The notes under the pieces are model-generated. The model made no database searches and was not told where the DNA came from. It saw only the letters and a list, made by a program, of their open reading frames with translations. The translations under genes were made by a program, and so were the position numbers. Shown piece by piece: positions 50,156 through 59,731 of a DNA stretch of 64,000 nt. Each line of letters opens with the position of its first letter. Position 1 is the first letter of the stretch. Origin of the DNA: Eubacteriales bacterium (lineage in GTDB: Bacteria; Bacillota; Clostridia; Oscillospirales; CAG-272); NCBI GenBank assembly GCA_045587445.1, contig JAZNCH010000065.1:1416-65415 (forward strand), read 5' to 3'.

Positions 50156-53100
50156 ATGCGATTAAAATCACTTGAATTACACGGTTTCAAGTCTTTTCCG
50201 GACAAAACGACGATAAACTTCGATGACGGTATGACTGTCATAGTAGGCCCTAACGGAAGCGGTAAATCAAACATATCGGACGCTATGCGTTGGGTTCTCG
50301 GCGAACTTTCAAGCAAAAACATACGCGGAACCAAAATGGAAGACGTTATATTCGGCGGTTCGGCTTCGCGCAGTCCCATGGGCTATGCTGAGGTTTCTCT
50401 GCTCATAGACAATACAGGCGACGGGAACAGAATCGATATTGATTATGACGAAGTTGAAGTTACGAGACGATACTACCGTTCGGGCGAAAGTGAATATATG
50501 ATAAACCGCCGTCCCGCCAGACTCAAAGACATTCACGAAATGTTTATGAACACCGGTGTAGGCAAGACGGGATATTCCATAGTCAGCCAGGGTAAAGCGG
50601 CTGAAATAATATCGCAAAAGAGCGATGAAAGAAGAAACATTTTTGAAGAGGCTGCCGGTATTTCAAAATACCGTTACAAGAAGAACGAGGCAGAGCGTAA
50701 GCTTGCTTCGACAAACGATAACTTAGTACGTCTCAACGATATTAAATACGAGCTTGAGGGCAGAATAGGCCCTCTTGAAAAAGAGGCGGAAAAAGCAAAG
50801 AGGTATCTTGAATTTTACGACAAAAAGAAGAGTGCTGATATTTCCCTTTGGCTTTACGATACGAAAGAGTTAAGAGAAAAACTTAACAAGGCAGAAAATG
50901 ATTACGTGCTTTCGGGCAAGGAGCTCGAAATTGCCGACGAGACGATACAGTCATTGGAAAACCAAGACGAAAGACTCTTCCTTGCTTCTCAGGAGAACAA
51001 GATAAAGACCGAAAAGAACTCAAATGAGCTTCAGGTTGCAAACGATAAGAGATACAGCCTTGAAGGTAATTTAAAGGTTCTTAAGAACGATATTGAACAT
51101 ATCGGTCAGTTAAAATTACAGGCAGAAAACGAGCTTACTCTCCGCACGGAAGAAAAGAACAAGACCGAAAAATCTTTAGAAGAAGCAAGACTCAAGTTAG
51201 AAGAATTGAAAAAGGCACTTGCACTTTCAGAAGAAGAAAGAACGTCTGCCGATGAAATGCTTGAAAAGGGTTTACTTGAGTTGGTTGAGCTTGAAAACAA
51301 GCTTGAACAGGCAGAAGCTATAATCAAACTCAAAGAAGATGAGGTAGTAAACAAGCAAATCGAGCTTTCTTCCCTTTCGGGTTCAAGGAAGAGCGAAGAC
51401 GAAAGATGCGAAGCTCTGAAAAATGAAATAGCAGAACTGAAAGAAGCTATGGCACTTCTTGAAGACAGAGCAAACAAGGCCGAAAAGACGGTTTTGGGAT
51501 ATAAGCAAAAAGCCGACGAAGCAAAGAACTCTGCTGACGAAGCAGAAAATGCTATCCAAACACTTGAAGCGAAGACAAAAGAGCTGAACGACAAGCTCAA
51601 TTCTTTGTATATCGATATGGCATCAAAGAAGCAGAGAGCTGAAGCTTTGACACGTATGGAAGAGCATTTTGAAGGATATGCAAACAGCGTTCGCTTCGTT
51701 ATGAATGAAAGCACTAAGGGTACGCTCGGTGGAATATACGGTCCCGTATCGAAGCTTATAAACGTTAACAGAAAATATACCGTTGCAATAGAAACGGCAT
51801 TAGGAGGCAACTTGCAGAATATAGTTGTAAAGGACGAAGATTCTGCAAAGAAGGCTATAGCACTTCTCAAAGAAAGAAATGCGGGCAGAGCTACGTTCTA
51901 TCCGTTAACTTCAATTCAGGTACAGAAGCTGAATGTTGACATCAAGACTTTGTCCGGCTTAAAAGGCTATATTGGAGTTGCAAGCGAGCTTACAGAGTGT
52001 GATGAAAAGTTCCGTATTGTAAGCGAATTCTTGCTCGGCAGAACGATTGTTTTCGACGCCATTGACAATGCAAGTGTTGCCGCAAAGCAGTTAAATTACA
52101 AAGTAAGACTTGTAACGCTTGACGGTCAGCTTATAAATGCCGGCGGTTCATATACGGGTGGTTCTTCAAAGAAGGACAGCGGTATGCTTACCCGTGTTTC
52201 CGAAATTGAAAAGCTAAAGAAAGAGTGTGAAAAGCTTTCCAAAGACGCAGAAGCAGTTAACGCAGAAACAGAAAACATCAACAAGGAAAAGGAAACGCTT
52301 ATAAAGAAACGCGATTCCCACCTTGGAAACTCTTCTTTGCTCAATTCACTTCTTAATGCGGAAAATACACAATACGAGGTATTGAAATCACAGCTTTCGG
52401 CTGATGAAAAGAACTTGTCTGAATTGTGTTCTGAACTTGACAGACTTGAAAGAGCCGATGATTTTTACCGCGAGAAGAAGCAGAAAATAGATGAAGAATT
52501 AAATGAAATCAATGCCCTTATCGAAGCCGGAAAAATTACACAAAACGGCATAAAGAACGATATTGCGGCAAAGAATACAGAAATTGAAGAATTGCGTGAA
52601 AGAAACAGCAACTCGGTTATCCGTCTTACAGAAGACAGAAAAGATATGGAAAACCTGCAAAAGAACGTTGAATCGACCGAAGCGTTGCTTTTATCCCTTA
52701 CTGAACGCATATTATTAGGCAACAGTGAGCTTGAAGCTTTGGGAAACAAGAAGGCTCTTGCAGAAACAAAGATTACAACGACCGAAGAAGCTCTTTCGGA
52801 AGTTCTTAATACTATAGCTGTACTTGAAAAAGAAAAGGGCGATTATACCGAAAAGAACGACGAGTACGAAAAGAAGATTAACGACCTTCGCGTAAAGATT
52901 AAAGAAAAGACAAACGACAGAGAGCTTGTATTCAGAGCATATACAAAACTCGAAGGACTTTGTCAGCAGTTAAAGAATGACCTCGACAAATCGAGCGAAC
53001 GTATCTGGGAGGAATATGAGCTGACTTATTCCGCAGCAGCAGAACTTCAGCTTCCCGAGGTTACAAACGAAAACAGAAGCGAACTGTCAAAACAACTTGC

Positions 53101-53752
53101 CGAATACAAGGGTAAACTTAAAGGTCTCGGACACGTTAACGTCAGTGCTATTGACGAGTATAAAGAAGTAAAAGAAAGATACGACTTTATGCACACGCAG
53201 ATAACCGACCTTGAAGAAGCAGAAAAACAACTATCCGATATTATAGTTAAGCTTGAAGCGGAAATGCGAGACAAGTTCTCTCAGACAATGAAAGACGTTA
53301 ATATGCACTTCAAGACGGTATTCCGCGAACTGTTCGGCGGCGGTACGGCAGAGCTTATACTTACCAATCCCGACGACGTGTTGACCAGTGGTATTGACAT
53401 CAACGTAGCTCCTCCCGGAAAGATAATCAAGAATCTTGTTTCCCTCTCCGGTGGTGAACAAGCCTTCGTTGCTATTGCCCTCTTCTTCGCAATACTCAAG
53501 GTTAACCCCACACCGTTCTGTATTTTCGACGAAATTGAGTCGGCTCTCGACGAAGTTAACGTTGTAAGATTTGCAGAATACGCAAGAAAATATTCAGACG
53601 CGACACAGTTTATTATGATTACCCACAGAAGAGGTACAATGGAATCGGCAGATACACTCTACGGCGTAACCATGTACGAAAAGGGTATTTCAAAGGTACT
53701 TGCAGTTAACGTACGCGATATTGAAGATAAACTCGGCGTTAAGCTTGAATAG
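50156..53752 (+). CDS. smc: Chromosome segregation protein SMC
   Basis: GPNGSGKSN, coiled coils, hinge, LSGGE, DEIESALD. Confidence 0.98.
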   Translation: MRLKSLELHGFKSFPDKTTINFDDGMTVIVGPNGSGKSNISDAMRWVLGELSSKNIRGTKMEDVIFGGSASRSPMGYAEVSLLIDNTGDGNRIDIDYDEVEVTRRYYRSGESEYMINRRPARLKDIHEMFMNTGVGKTGYSIVSQGKAAEIISQKSDERRNIFEEAAGISKYRYKKNEAERKLASTNDNLVRLNDIKYELEGRIGPLEKEAEKAKRYLEFYDKKKSADISLWLYDTKELREKLNKAENDYVLSGKELEIADETIQSLENQDERLFLASQENKIKTEKNSNELQVANDKRYSLEGNLKVLKNDIEHIGQLKLQAENELTLRTEEKNKTEKSLEEARLKLEELKKALALSEEERTSADEMLEKGLLELVELENKLEQAEAIIKLKEDEVVNKQIELSSLSGSRKSEDERCEALKNEIAELKEAMALLEDRANKAEKTVLGYKQKADEAKNSADEAENAIQTLEAKTKELNDKLNSLYIDMASKKQRAEALTRMEEHFEGYANSVRFVMNESTKGTLGGIYGPVSKLINVNRKYTVAIETALGGNLQNIVVKDEDSAKKAIALLKERNAGRATFYPLTSIQVQKLNVDIKTLSGLKGYIGVASELTECDEKFRIVSEFLLGRTIVFDAIDNASVAAKQLNYKVRLVTLDGQLINAGGSYTGGSSKKDSGMLTRVSEIEKLKKECEKLSKDAEAVNAETENINKEKETLIKKRDSHLGNSSLLNSLLNAENTQYEVLKSQLSADEKNLSELCSELDRLERADDFYREKKQKIDEELNEINALIEAGKITQNGIKNDIAAKNTEIEELRERNSNSVIRLTEDRKDMENLQKNVESTEALLLSLTERILLGNSELEALGNKKALAETKITTTEEALSEVLNTIAVLEKEKGDYTEKNDEYEKKINDLRVKIKEKTNDRELVFRAYTKLEGLCQQLKNDLDKSSERIWEEYELTYSAAAELQLPEVTNENRSELSKQLAEYKGKLKGLGHVNVSAIDEYKEVKERYDFMHTQITDLEEAEKQLSDIIVKLEAEMRDKFSQTMKDVNMHFKTVFRELFGGGTAELILTNPDDVLTSGIDINVAPPGKIIKNLVSLSGGEQAFVAIALFFAILKVNPTPFCIFDEIESALDEVNVVRFAEYARKYSDATQFIMITHRRGTMESADTLYGVTMYEKGISKVLAVNVRDIEDKLGVKLE

Positions 53753-53786
53753 TACATATTTTTGATATTCAGAAAGGTTTTAGTAT

Positions 53787-54692
53787 ATGTCATTTTTCGA
53801 AAAACTGAAAAACGGTCTTGAAAAGACAAAATCATCAATATTCGGACAGGTAAATAATCTTTTTAAGGCGTTTGTAAAGGTTGATGAAGACCTGCTTGAA
53901 GAGCTTGAAGAACTGCTTATTGCGGCTGACGTAGGTTTTGAATCTACCGAAGAGATTATTGAAAAGCTTCGCGAAAGAATAAAAGATGAACGTCTTTCAG
54001 ATACCGAAGAAACTAAAGAAGCCTTGATTGAAATATTAAAGGGTATGATAGGAGACGGCGAACAGCTTAATCTGTCTACCACCCCTGCCGTTATCCTTGT
54101 TATAGGTGTAAACGGAGTCGGAAAGACGACGTCAATTGCAAAGATAGCGCACCACCTTATATCTTCGGGAAAAAAGGTAGTACTTGCGGCGGGAGATACG
54201 TTCCGTGCGGCAGCCATAGACCAGCTTCAGATATGGGCTGACAGAGCAGGTGCCGACTTGATAAAGAACACCGAAGGCTCTGACCCTGCGGCTGTTGTGT
54301 TTGACGCGGTTTCTGCTGCAAAGAGCAGAAAGGCAGACGTTCTTATAATCGATACGGCAGGCAGACTTCACAACAAGAAGAACCTTATGGACGAACTTGC
54401 GAAGATAAACCGCGTAATCGGAAGAGAGTTACCCGAAGCATCAAGAGAAACGTTGCTTGTTCTTGATTCGACGACAGGTCAAAATGCGGTAAGACAAGCA
54501 AAGGAATTCAAGAATGCTGCAGATATTACGGGGCTTGTTTTGACCAAGCTTGACGGAACCGCAAAGGGCGGTATAGTATTCTCCATAAAAAATGAGCTTG
54601 ATATTCCCGTAAAGTATATCGGAGTAGGCGAAAAGATAGACGATTTACAGCCCTTCTCCGCAGACGATTTTGTAAAGGCATTGTTTGAATAA
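53787..54692 (+). CDS. ftsY: SRP receptor FtsY
   Basis: GVNGVGKTT, DTFRAAA, DTAGR, TKLDGTAKGG. Confidence 0.97.
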   Translation: MSFFEKLKNGLEKTKSSIFGQVNNLFKAFVKVDEDLLEELEELLIAADVGFESTEEIIEKLRERIKDERLSDTEETKEALIEILKGMIGDGEQLNLSTTPAVILVIGVNGVGKTTSIAKIAHHLISSGKKVVLAAGDTFRAAAIDQLQIWADRAGADLIKNTEGSDPAAVVFDAVSAAKSRKADVLIIDTAGRLHNKKNLMDELAKINRVIGRELPEASRETLLVLDSTTGQNAVRQAKEFKNAADITGLVLTKLDGTAKGGIVFSIKNELDIPVKYIGVGEKIDDLQPFSADDFVKALFE

Positions 54693-54703
54693 AGGGTGTT
54701 ATT

Positions 54704-55315
54704 ATGGAAATAGTTTTAGCCTCAAGGAATAAGAAAAAAATAGCAGAACTGCAAACTATGATGTCAAAAATAAACGGAGTGTCGGTAAACATACTTTCGC
54801 TTGACGATATAGGAGTTTTTGACGACATAGAAGAAAACGGAGAAACTTTTGAAGATAATGCAAGAATAAAAGCATCGGTAGGTGCAAAGTTAGGATATAT
54901 AACAATCGCCGACGACTCCGGGCTTTGTGTTGATGCACTGAACGGTGCCCCCGGTGTTCACTCTGCAAGATTTTCGGGTGGCGGCGACGAAGAGAATAAC
55001 AATCTTTTGCAGGAAAAGCTAAAAGGTCTTCCCAAAGAAAAAAGAACAGCACAGTTCGTTTCAAACGTTGTATGTATATTTCCTAAACAAAACTATGAGA
55101 TAAAGACATGCGGTGAAGTAAAAGGATATATTACAGAAAAAGCTGCCGGAACAAACGGCTTCGGTTATGACCCCTACTTTTTCTATGAACCTTTCGGTAA
55201 AACATTTGCCGAGCTTTCAGCCGAAGAAAAAAACTCAATCAGCCACAGAGGAATGGCAATGGAAGCTTTTGCTGTTGAATTTGAGAAAAAAGCAAAAGAA
55301 TTTAATTTAAAATAA
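54704..55315 (+). CDS. rdgB: Non-canonical purine NTP pyrophosphatase
   Basis: ASRN..K..E, DDSGL, GFGYDP, SHR. Confidence 0.94.
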   Translation: MEIVLASRNKKKIAELQTMMSKINGVSVNILSLDDIGVFDDIEENGETFEDNARIKASVGAKLGYITIADDSGLCVDALNGAPGVHSARFSGGGDEENNNLLQEKLKGLPKEKRTAQFVSNVVCIFPKQNYEIKTCGEVKGYITEKAAGTNGFGYDPYFFYEPFGKTFAELSAEEKNSISHRGMAMEAFAVEFEKKAKEFNLK

Positions 55316-55329
55316 AAAGGAACAAAGTA

Positions 55330-55620
55330 ATGCTTACATCAAAACAGAGAGCCTATCTGCGCTCACTCGCAGTTCATTTAGATACGATATTTCAAATAGG
55401 CAAGGGCGGTATAAACGAGAATATGACCGAACAAATATCAAACGCGCTTGAAGCAAGAGAATTAATAAAGCTTCGTGTGCTTGACAATTCGGGATATACC
55501 TCAAGAGAGGCTGCCGAAGAAATTGCAGAAATTGTGTCTGCCGAAGTTATACAAACGGTAGGAACACGCTTCGTACTTTACCGCGAATCAAAGAAAAACA
55601 AAAAAATAGAGCTTATTTAA
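55330..55620 (+). CDS. yhbY: YhbY family RNA-binding protein
   Basis: LTSKQRAYLR, IGK.G, RELIK. Confidence 0.93.
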   Translation: MLTSKQRAYLRSLAVHLDTIFQIGKGGINENMTEQISNALEARELIKLRVLDNSGYTSREAAEEIAEIVSAEVIQTVGTRFVLYRESKKNKKIELI

Positions 55621-55624
55621 GACT

Positions 55625-56257
55625 ATGAATGACGTAAAAATAGGTATATACGGAGGCACTTTCGACCCCGTACATCTGGGACATATACGCTCGGCTTATG
55701 CATTTTTGACAGCTTGCGACCTCGACAGACTGTTTATAATGCCAAACTTCCTCCCCCCGCACAAGATGCTGTGCTCGGGCGACGACCCTCAGATGAGGTT
55801 ACAGATGCTGAAGATAGCATTCAGCCCACTTCCCTTTTATAATGACAAGATAATTGTATCCGATTTTGAAGTGCGTAACCAAGAGGTAAGCTATACCTAC
55901 AAAACTTTAGAACATTTCAGTTTTATATCAAAAGACTTAACTCTGCTTTGCGGAACAGACAATTTTCTCAACCTTGAATATTGGAGAAATGCCGAAAGAA
56001 TATTCGAACTTGCGAAAATCGCGCATATAGTAAGACCGGGTACTTATGATGAATCGGAAGAAATACTTGAAACCAAACAAAGATTCAAAAAAAAGTACGG
56101 TGCGAGAATTATTGACGTGCCTATGGCACCGATAGAACTTTCTTCGACAGAAATAAGAGAAAAGATAAAGCGCGGAGAAAACACCTTTTATCTTCTCCCC
56201 CCCGACGTAAGAACTTTTATAGACAAATACGATTTATACGGTGAACACAATGTTTAA
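55625..56257 (+). CDS. nadD: Nicotinate-nucleotide adenylyltransferase
   Basis: GGTFDPVHLGH, PPHK, SST.IR. Confidence 0.95.
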   Translation: MNDVKIGIYGGTFDPVHLGHIRSAYAFLTACDLDRLFIMPNFLPPHKMLCSGDDPQMRLQMLKIAFSPLPFYNDKIIVSDFEVRNQEVSYTYKTLEHFSFISKDLTLLCGTDNFLNLEYWRNAERIFELAKIAHIVRPGTYDESEEILETKQRFKKKYGARIIDVPMAPIELSSTEIREKIKRGENTFYLLPPDVRTFIDKYDLYGEHNV

Positions 56258-56843
56258 TCTTGAAAAAGAAATACGCTCACTTATGTCGGACTACAGATAT
56301 AACCACACTTTATCTGTAGTAAACGAATGCAAGAATTTAGCAAAGCTTTTTGATATTGACGAAGAAAAACTTATTATTGCGGCATATCTGCACGATATAA
56401 CAAAGGAAATATCAATAGACAGCCAATTATCGCTTTGTGAGAAAATGGGAATTGAAGTTGACAAAGACACGTTAAATTCTCCCAAAACGCTTCATTCATT
56501 TACCGCCCCCGCTTTGATTATGAGAGATTTTCCTCAATATGCGGACAAAGAAATATTGTCTGCGGTAAAATATCACACAACCGGCAGAGCGAATATGACG
56601 CTAATTGAAAAGCTTTTATATCTTGCCGATTATATTGAACCAACAAGAACTTTTGACGATTGTAAAGAATTACGCAAATATTTTTATACCAACACCTGCG
56701 ATATACAAAAGAAACTTAACTATACAATATTTTTATCTTTAAAATACACTATATCGGACCTGTTGGAAAAGGGTGAATATATTCACCCAAAAACAATCGA
56801 ATGCTATAATGCACTCGTAACAGAGAACAGGAGATTGAAATGA
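56250..56843 (+). CDS. yqeK: HD-domain Ap4A hydrolase YqeK
   Basis: RY.H, LHDI.K, HTTG, ADYIEP; follows nadD. Confidence 0.92.
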   Translation: MFNLEKEIRSLMSDYRYNHTLSVVNECKNLAKLFDIDEEKLIIAAYLHDITKEISIDSQLSLCEKMGIEVDKDTLNSPKTLHSFTAPALIMRDFPQYADKEILSAVKYHTTGRANMTLIEKLLYLADYIEPTRTFDDCKELRKYFYTNTCDIQKKLNYTIFLSLKYTISDLLEKGEYIHPKTIECYNALVTENRRLK

Positions 56844-58075
56844 ACAACCAATCCGAGAAAAAATTGGATATTTCGCCCTTGAAAAGTTCAAATAAAAAAA
56901 GAATATACAAAAGAATAGGGTTGATTATTCTCGCAATAATCCTAATAGCACTCGTGTCGGTGGCATCGGTTATTGCATATACCTATTTTTTTCACGAACC
57001 CGATACAGGAGTTAATGAGCCTCCCCCATTTTCTACAGGAGTATTAAATGTAACGACGCCCCCCGAGACTTTAGAAAATGAGTCTTCGGATGAAACTCTC
57101 CTCGCCGAGACCGTACCGGAGACGACTCCCGATAAATTACCGAGAAGCAAACAAAAGATATATAATTTTTTATTTGTAGGACAAGACAGAGTTGCATTAA
57201 ACACCGACGTTATAATGCTTATCAGCTTCAACACGACCACAAATAAGATAAACATAATCCAAATGCCCCGCGATACTTACATACGCACAAAAGTATATTC
57301 GGGCAAACTTAACGGTCTATATGCGCAATACTACTTAACAAACGGCAGAAACACCACAGAAGCACTGCGAAGTATGGCAAACACCTTGGAGCAAAGCCTT
57401 TGCATAAAGATACACAATGTAGGCCATGTAAACCTTAACGGTGTTGTTGCCATAGTTGATGCAATAGGCGGTGTTGACGTAAATGTACCTGTAGCATACT
57501 CCTACTATGATGAAGCGACCAAACAGAGCGGAACCGTCCCCGCAGGGCTTCAGCATTTAAACGGTATGAAAGCAGAAGGTTTCATAAGAATGCGTTCAAA
57601 GTACCTCCAAGCAGATATAGGCAGAATAGATGCACAAAAGATATTTGTCAGCGCGTTTATAAAGAAATTAAAATCAAATCTTAGCGTATCCACTATAACC
57701 AGTTTCGTTGACACAGCCTTCAAATATATAAAAACCGACGTAAGCTTGGCAGACGCCGTGTTTTACGGAAAACAGCTCCTTGAGGTCGACTTGGAAAAGA
57801 TAAATATGATGTCAATGGTTGGCAGGGGCGCAAGCGGCTCCGGGCTTTCATACTGGATAATGGTCAGAAAGAATATGTGTGAGATGATAAACACATACTT
57901 CAACATATACGACTTTGATATAACCGATGCAATATTTGACCCCGACCGTATATTTACAAACACTACAAACTACTCACACTTTAACAGTATTTATACAAAT
58001 CAAAGCATTGCTACGACGGATCCGCACAATGCTGATGAAATAAATAAAGATTCAATTTACATTCCACACGTTTAA
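56840..58075 (+). CDS. LCP (LytR-CpsA-Psr) family protein
   Basis: TM helix, NTDVIML, PRDTY, D.IGGV, ADIGR..AQ. Confidence 0.92.
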   Translation: MNNQSEKKLDISPLKSSNKKRIYKRIGLIILAIILIALVSVASVIAYTYFFHEPDTGVNEPPPFSTGVLNVTTPPETLENESSDETLLAETVPETTPDKLPRSKQKIYNFLFVGQDRVALNTDVIMLISFNTTTNKINIIQMPRDTYIRTKVYSGKLNGLYAQYYLTNGRNTTEALRSMANTLEQSLCIKIHNVGHVNLNGVVAIVDAIGGVDVNVPVAYSYYDEATKQSGTVPAGLQHLNGMKAEGFIRMRSKYLQADIGRIDAQKIFVSAFIKKLKSNLSVSTITSFVDTAFKYIKTDVSLADAVFYGKQLLEVDLEKINMMSMVGRGASGSGLSYWIMVRKNMCEMINTYFNIYDFDITDAIFDPDRIFTNTTNYSHFNSIYTNQSIATTDPHNADEINKDSIYIPHV

Positions 58076-58081
58076 AGTATA

Positions 58082-59281
58082 ATGGAGAATGAAATGAGTA
58101 CTAAAAAAAGAAGAAGTAAGATAGGATTAATAATTCTGTCAATAATACTTATAGCCTTAATTGCAGTTGCCTCGGTAGCTTTATACACGGTATATTTCCA
58201 CAAACCCGATAACGGAAATGACGAAGTAGTTTTTACTACCGACGATCTTGTTAACGGAACAGAAGAACCGACAGAATCGGGCAACGGTAACGAAGAAACA
58301 TTACCTGCCGCCCCCCCCGAAGAAGACAAAGACGAAATGTTTAATTTCCTTATTCTCGGCAGAGACAGAGTTGCATTGAATACAGACGTAATTATGTTAA
58401 TGAATTACAATGTAACTACAAAGAAGCTAACCATAATGCAAATCCCCCGCGACACCTACGTTTTAATTAACAATATCGGCTTCAAGCTTAACGGTGTATA
58501 CGGCCATTATTATAACGAAGGCGTTTCCAAGAAAGAAAAAGACCCCGAAGATTACGGCATTAATCAATTGAAGAACTTATTACAGCAAAAACTGTGCCTC
58601 AAGATACACTACTACGCAATGGTAAATCTTAACGGCTTCCGTAACATAGTTGATATTTTAGGCGGAATTGAAATAGACGTTCCCGCAGATATGTATTACG
58701 TTGACAAAGATCAAGGTCTTACCATTAATTTAAAAAAGGGTAGACAAACTTTGAACGGCGAAAAAGCAGAAATGTTTGTCAGATACAGATCCGGTTGGGT
58801 TCAGGCAGATATAGGCAGAATGGATGCTCAAAAGATATTTATGAGTGCTCTGCTCAAAAAAGTAAAGAGCAGTATGAACGCAACTACTATAGTAAAGCTT
58901 ACAAATGAAGTTTTCAAGAACGTAAAAACCGACGTCGACTTGAGCGACATGGTATATTTCGGCAAGAATCTGCTTGATTTCGATATGGCAAATATGACAT
59001 TTATGAGTGCTCCCGGTTATTCCCCCACCCCCCCCGCCGGCGGTGGTTGGTACTATGTAATAAACCGTCAAGGTGTGTTAGATATAATAAATAAACACTT
59101 TAATATTTACGATTTTGAAATTACCGACTCAATATTTGACTCAGATAGAATATTTTCAGGCAACAAATATGCAACGTATTTGACACCGTTTTATAACGCA
59201 GACCCGTCAACCGTTATCGGCGGTAATGAACAATCTGCAGAAGATATAGAGCAGGGCGGAATCCACATTCCGAAAGTATAA
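58082..59281 (+). CDS. LCP family protein (tandem paralog)
   Basis: Same motifs as the upstream LCP, plus FVRYR. Confidence 0.92.
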   Translation: MENEMSTKKRRSKIGLIILSIILIALIAVASVALYTVYFHKPDNGNDEVVFTTDDLVNGTEEPTESGNGNEETLPAAPPEEDKDEMFNFLILGRDRVALNTDVIMLMNYNVTTKKLTIMQIPRDTYVLINNIGFKLNGVYGHYYNEGVSKKEKDPEDYGINQLKNLLQQKLCLKIHYYAMVNLNGFRNIVDILGGIEIDVPADMYYVDKDQGLTINLKKGRQTLNGEKAEMFVRYRSGWVQADIGRMDAQKIFMSALLKKVKSSMNATTIVKLTNEVFKNVKTDVDLSDMVYFGKNLLDFDMANMTFMSAPGYSPTPPAGGGWYYVINRQGVLDIINKHFNIYDFEITDSIFDSDRIFSGNKYATYLTPFYNADPSTVIGGNEQSAEDIEQGGIHIPKV

Positions 59282-59297
59282 AAAAGAAAGGTTTAAA

Positions 59298-59678
59298 ATG
59301 AATACAGAAATCAAAGTAAATGAAAACAATTCGCGTGAAATGGCGGATTTTATAATTAAAACACTTGATGCGAAGAAAGCAAAGGATATAAAGCTTATCA
59401 GAATTGAAGATAAGACGGTACTCGCCGATTATTTTGTAATCTGCGGAGGCAATTCCAACACACAGGTACGTGCACTTGCTGGTGAAGTTGAAGAAAAGCT
59501 TGAAGAAAACGGCATAAAGCCTCATCATATAGAGGGTTACAACGAAGCAAGCTGGACCGTTCTTGATTACAGCTCGGTTATCGTGCATATTTTCTCCAGA
59601 GAAACAAGAGAGTTTTATAAATTAGAAAAGCTTTGGAGCGACGCGGAAAATATTGACATATCGGAACTTTTGATATAA
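59298..59678 (+). CDS. rsfS: Ribosome silencing factor
   Basis: KKA.DI, DYFVI, W.VLDY, VHIF...R.FY.LE.LW. Confidence 0.95.
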   Translation: MNTEIKVNENNSREMADFIIKTLDAKKAKDIKLIRIEDKTVLADYFVICGGNSNTQVRALAGEVEEKLEENGIKPHHIEGYNEASWTVLDYSSVIVHIFSRETREFYKLEKLWSDAENIDISELLI

Positions 59679-59731
59679 ACTAAAAATCATTGAAATAAAG
59701 ACTACTTTTGAAAGGCGTAAGGACAGCGATT

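Noticed and set aside
59679-59731. T-box before leuS
   Set aside because: Only about 53 nt separate rsfS and leuS, with no T-box motif
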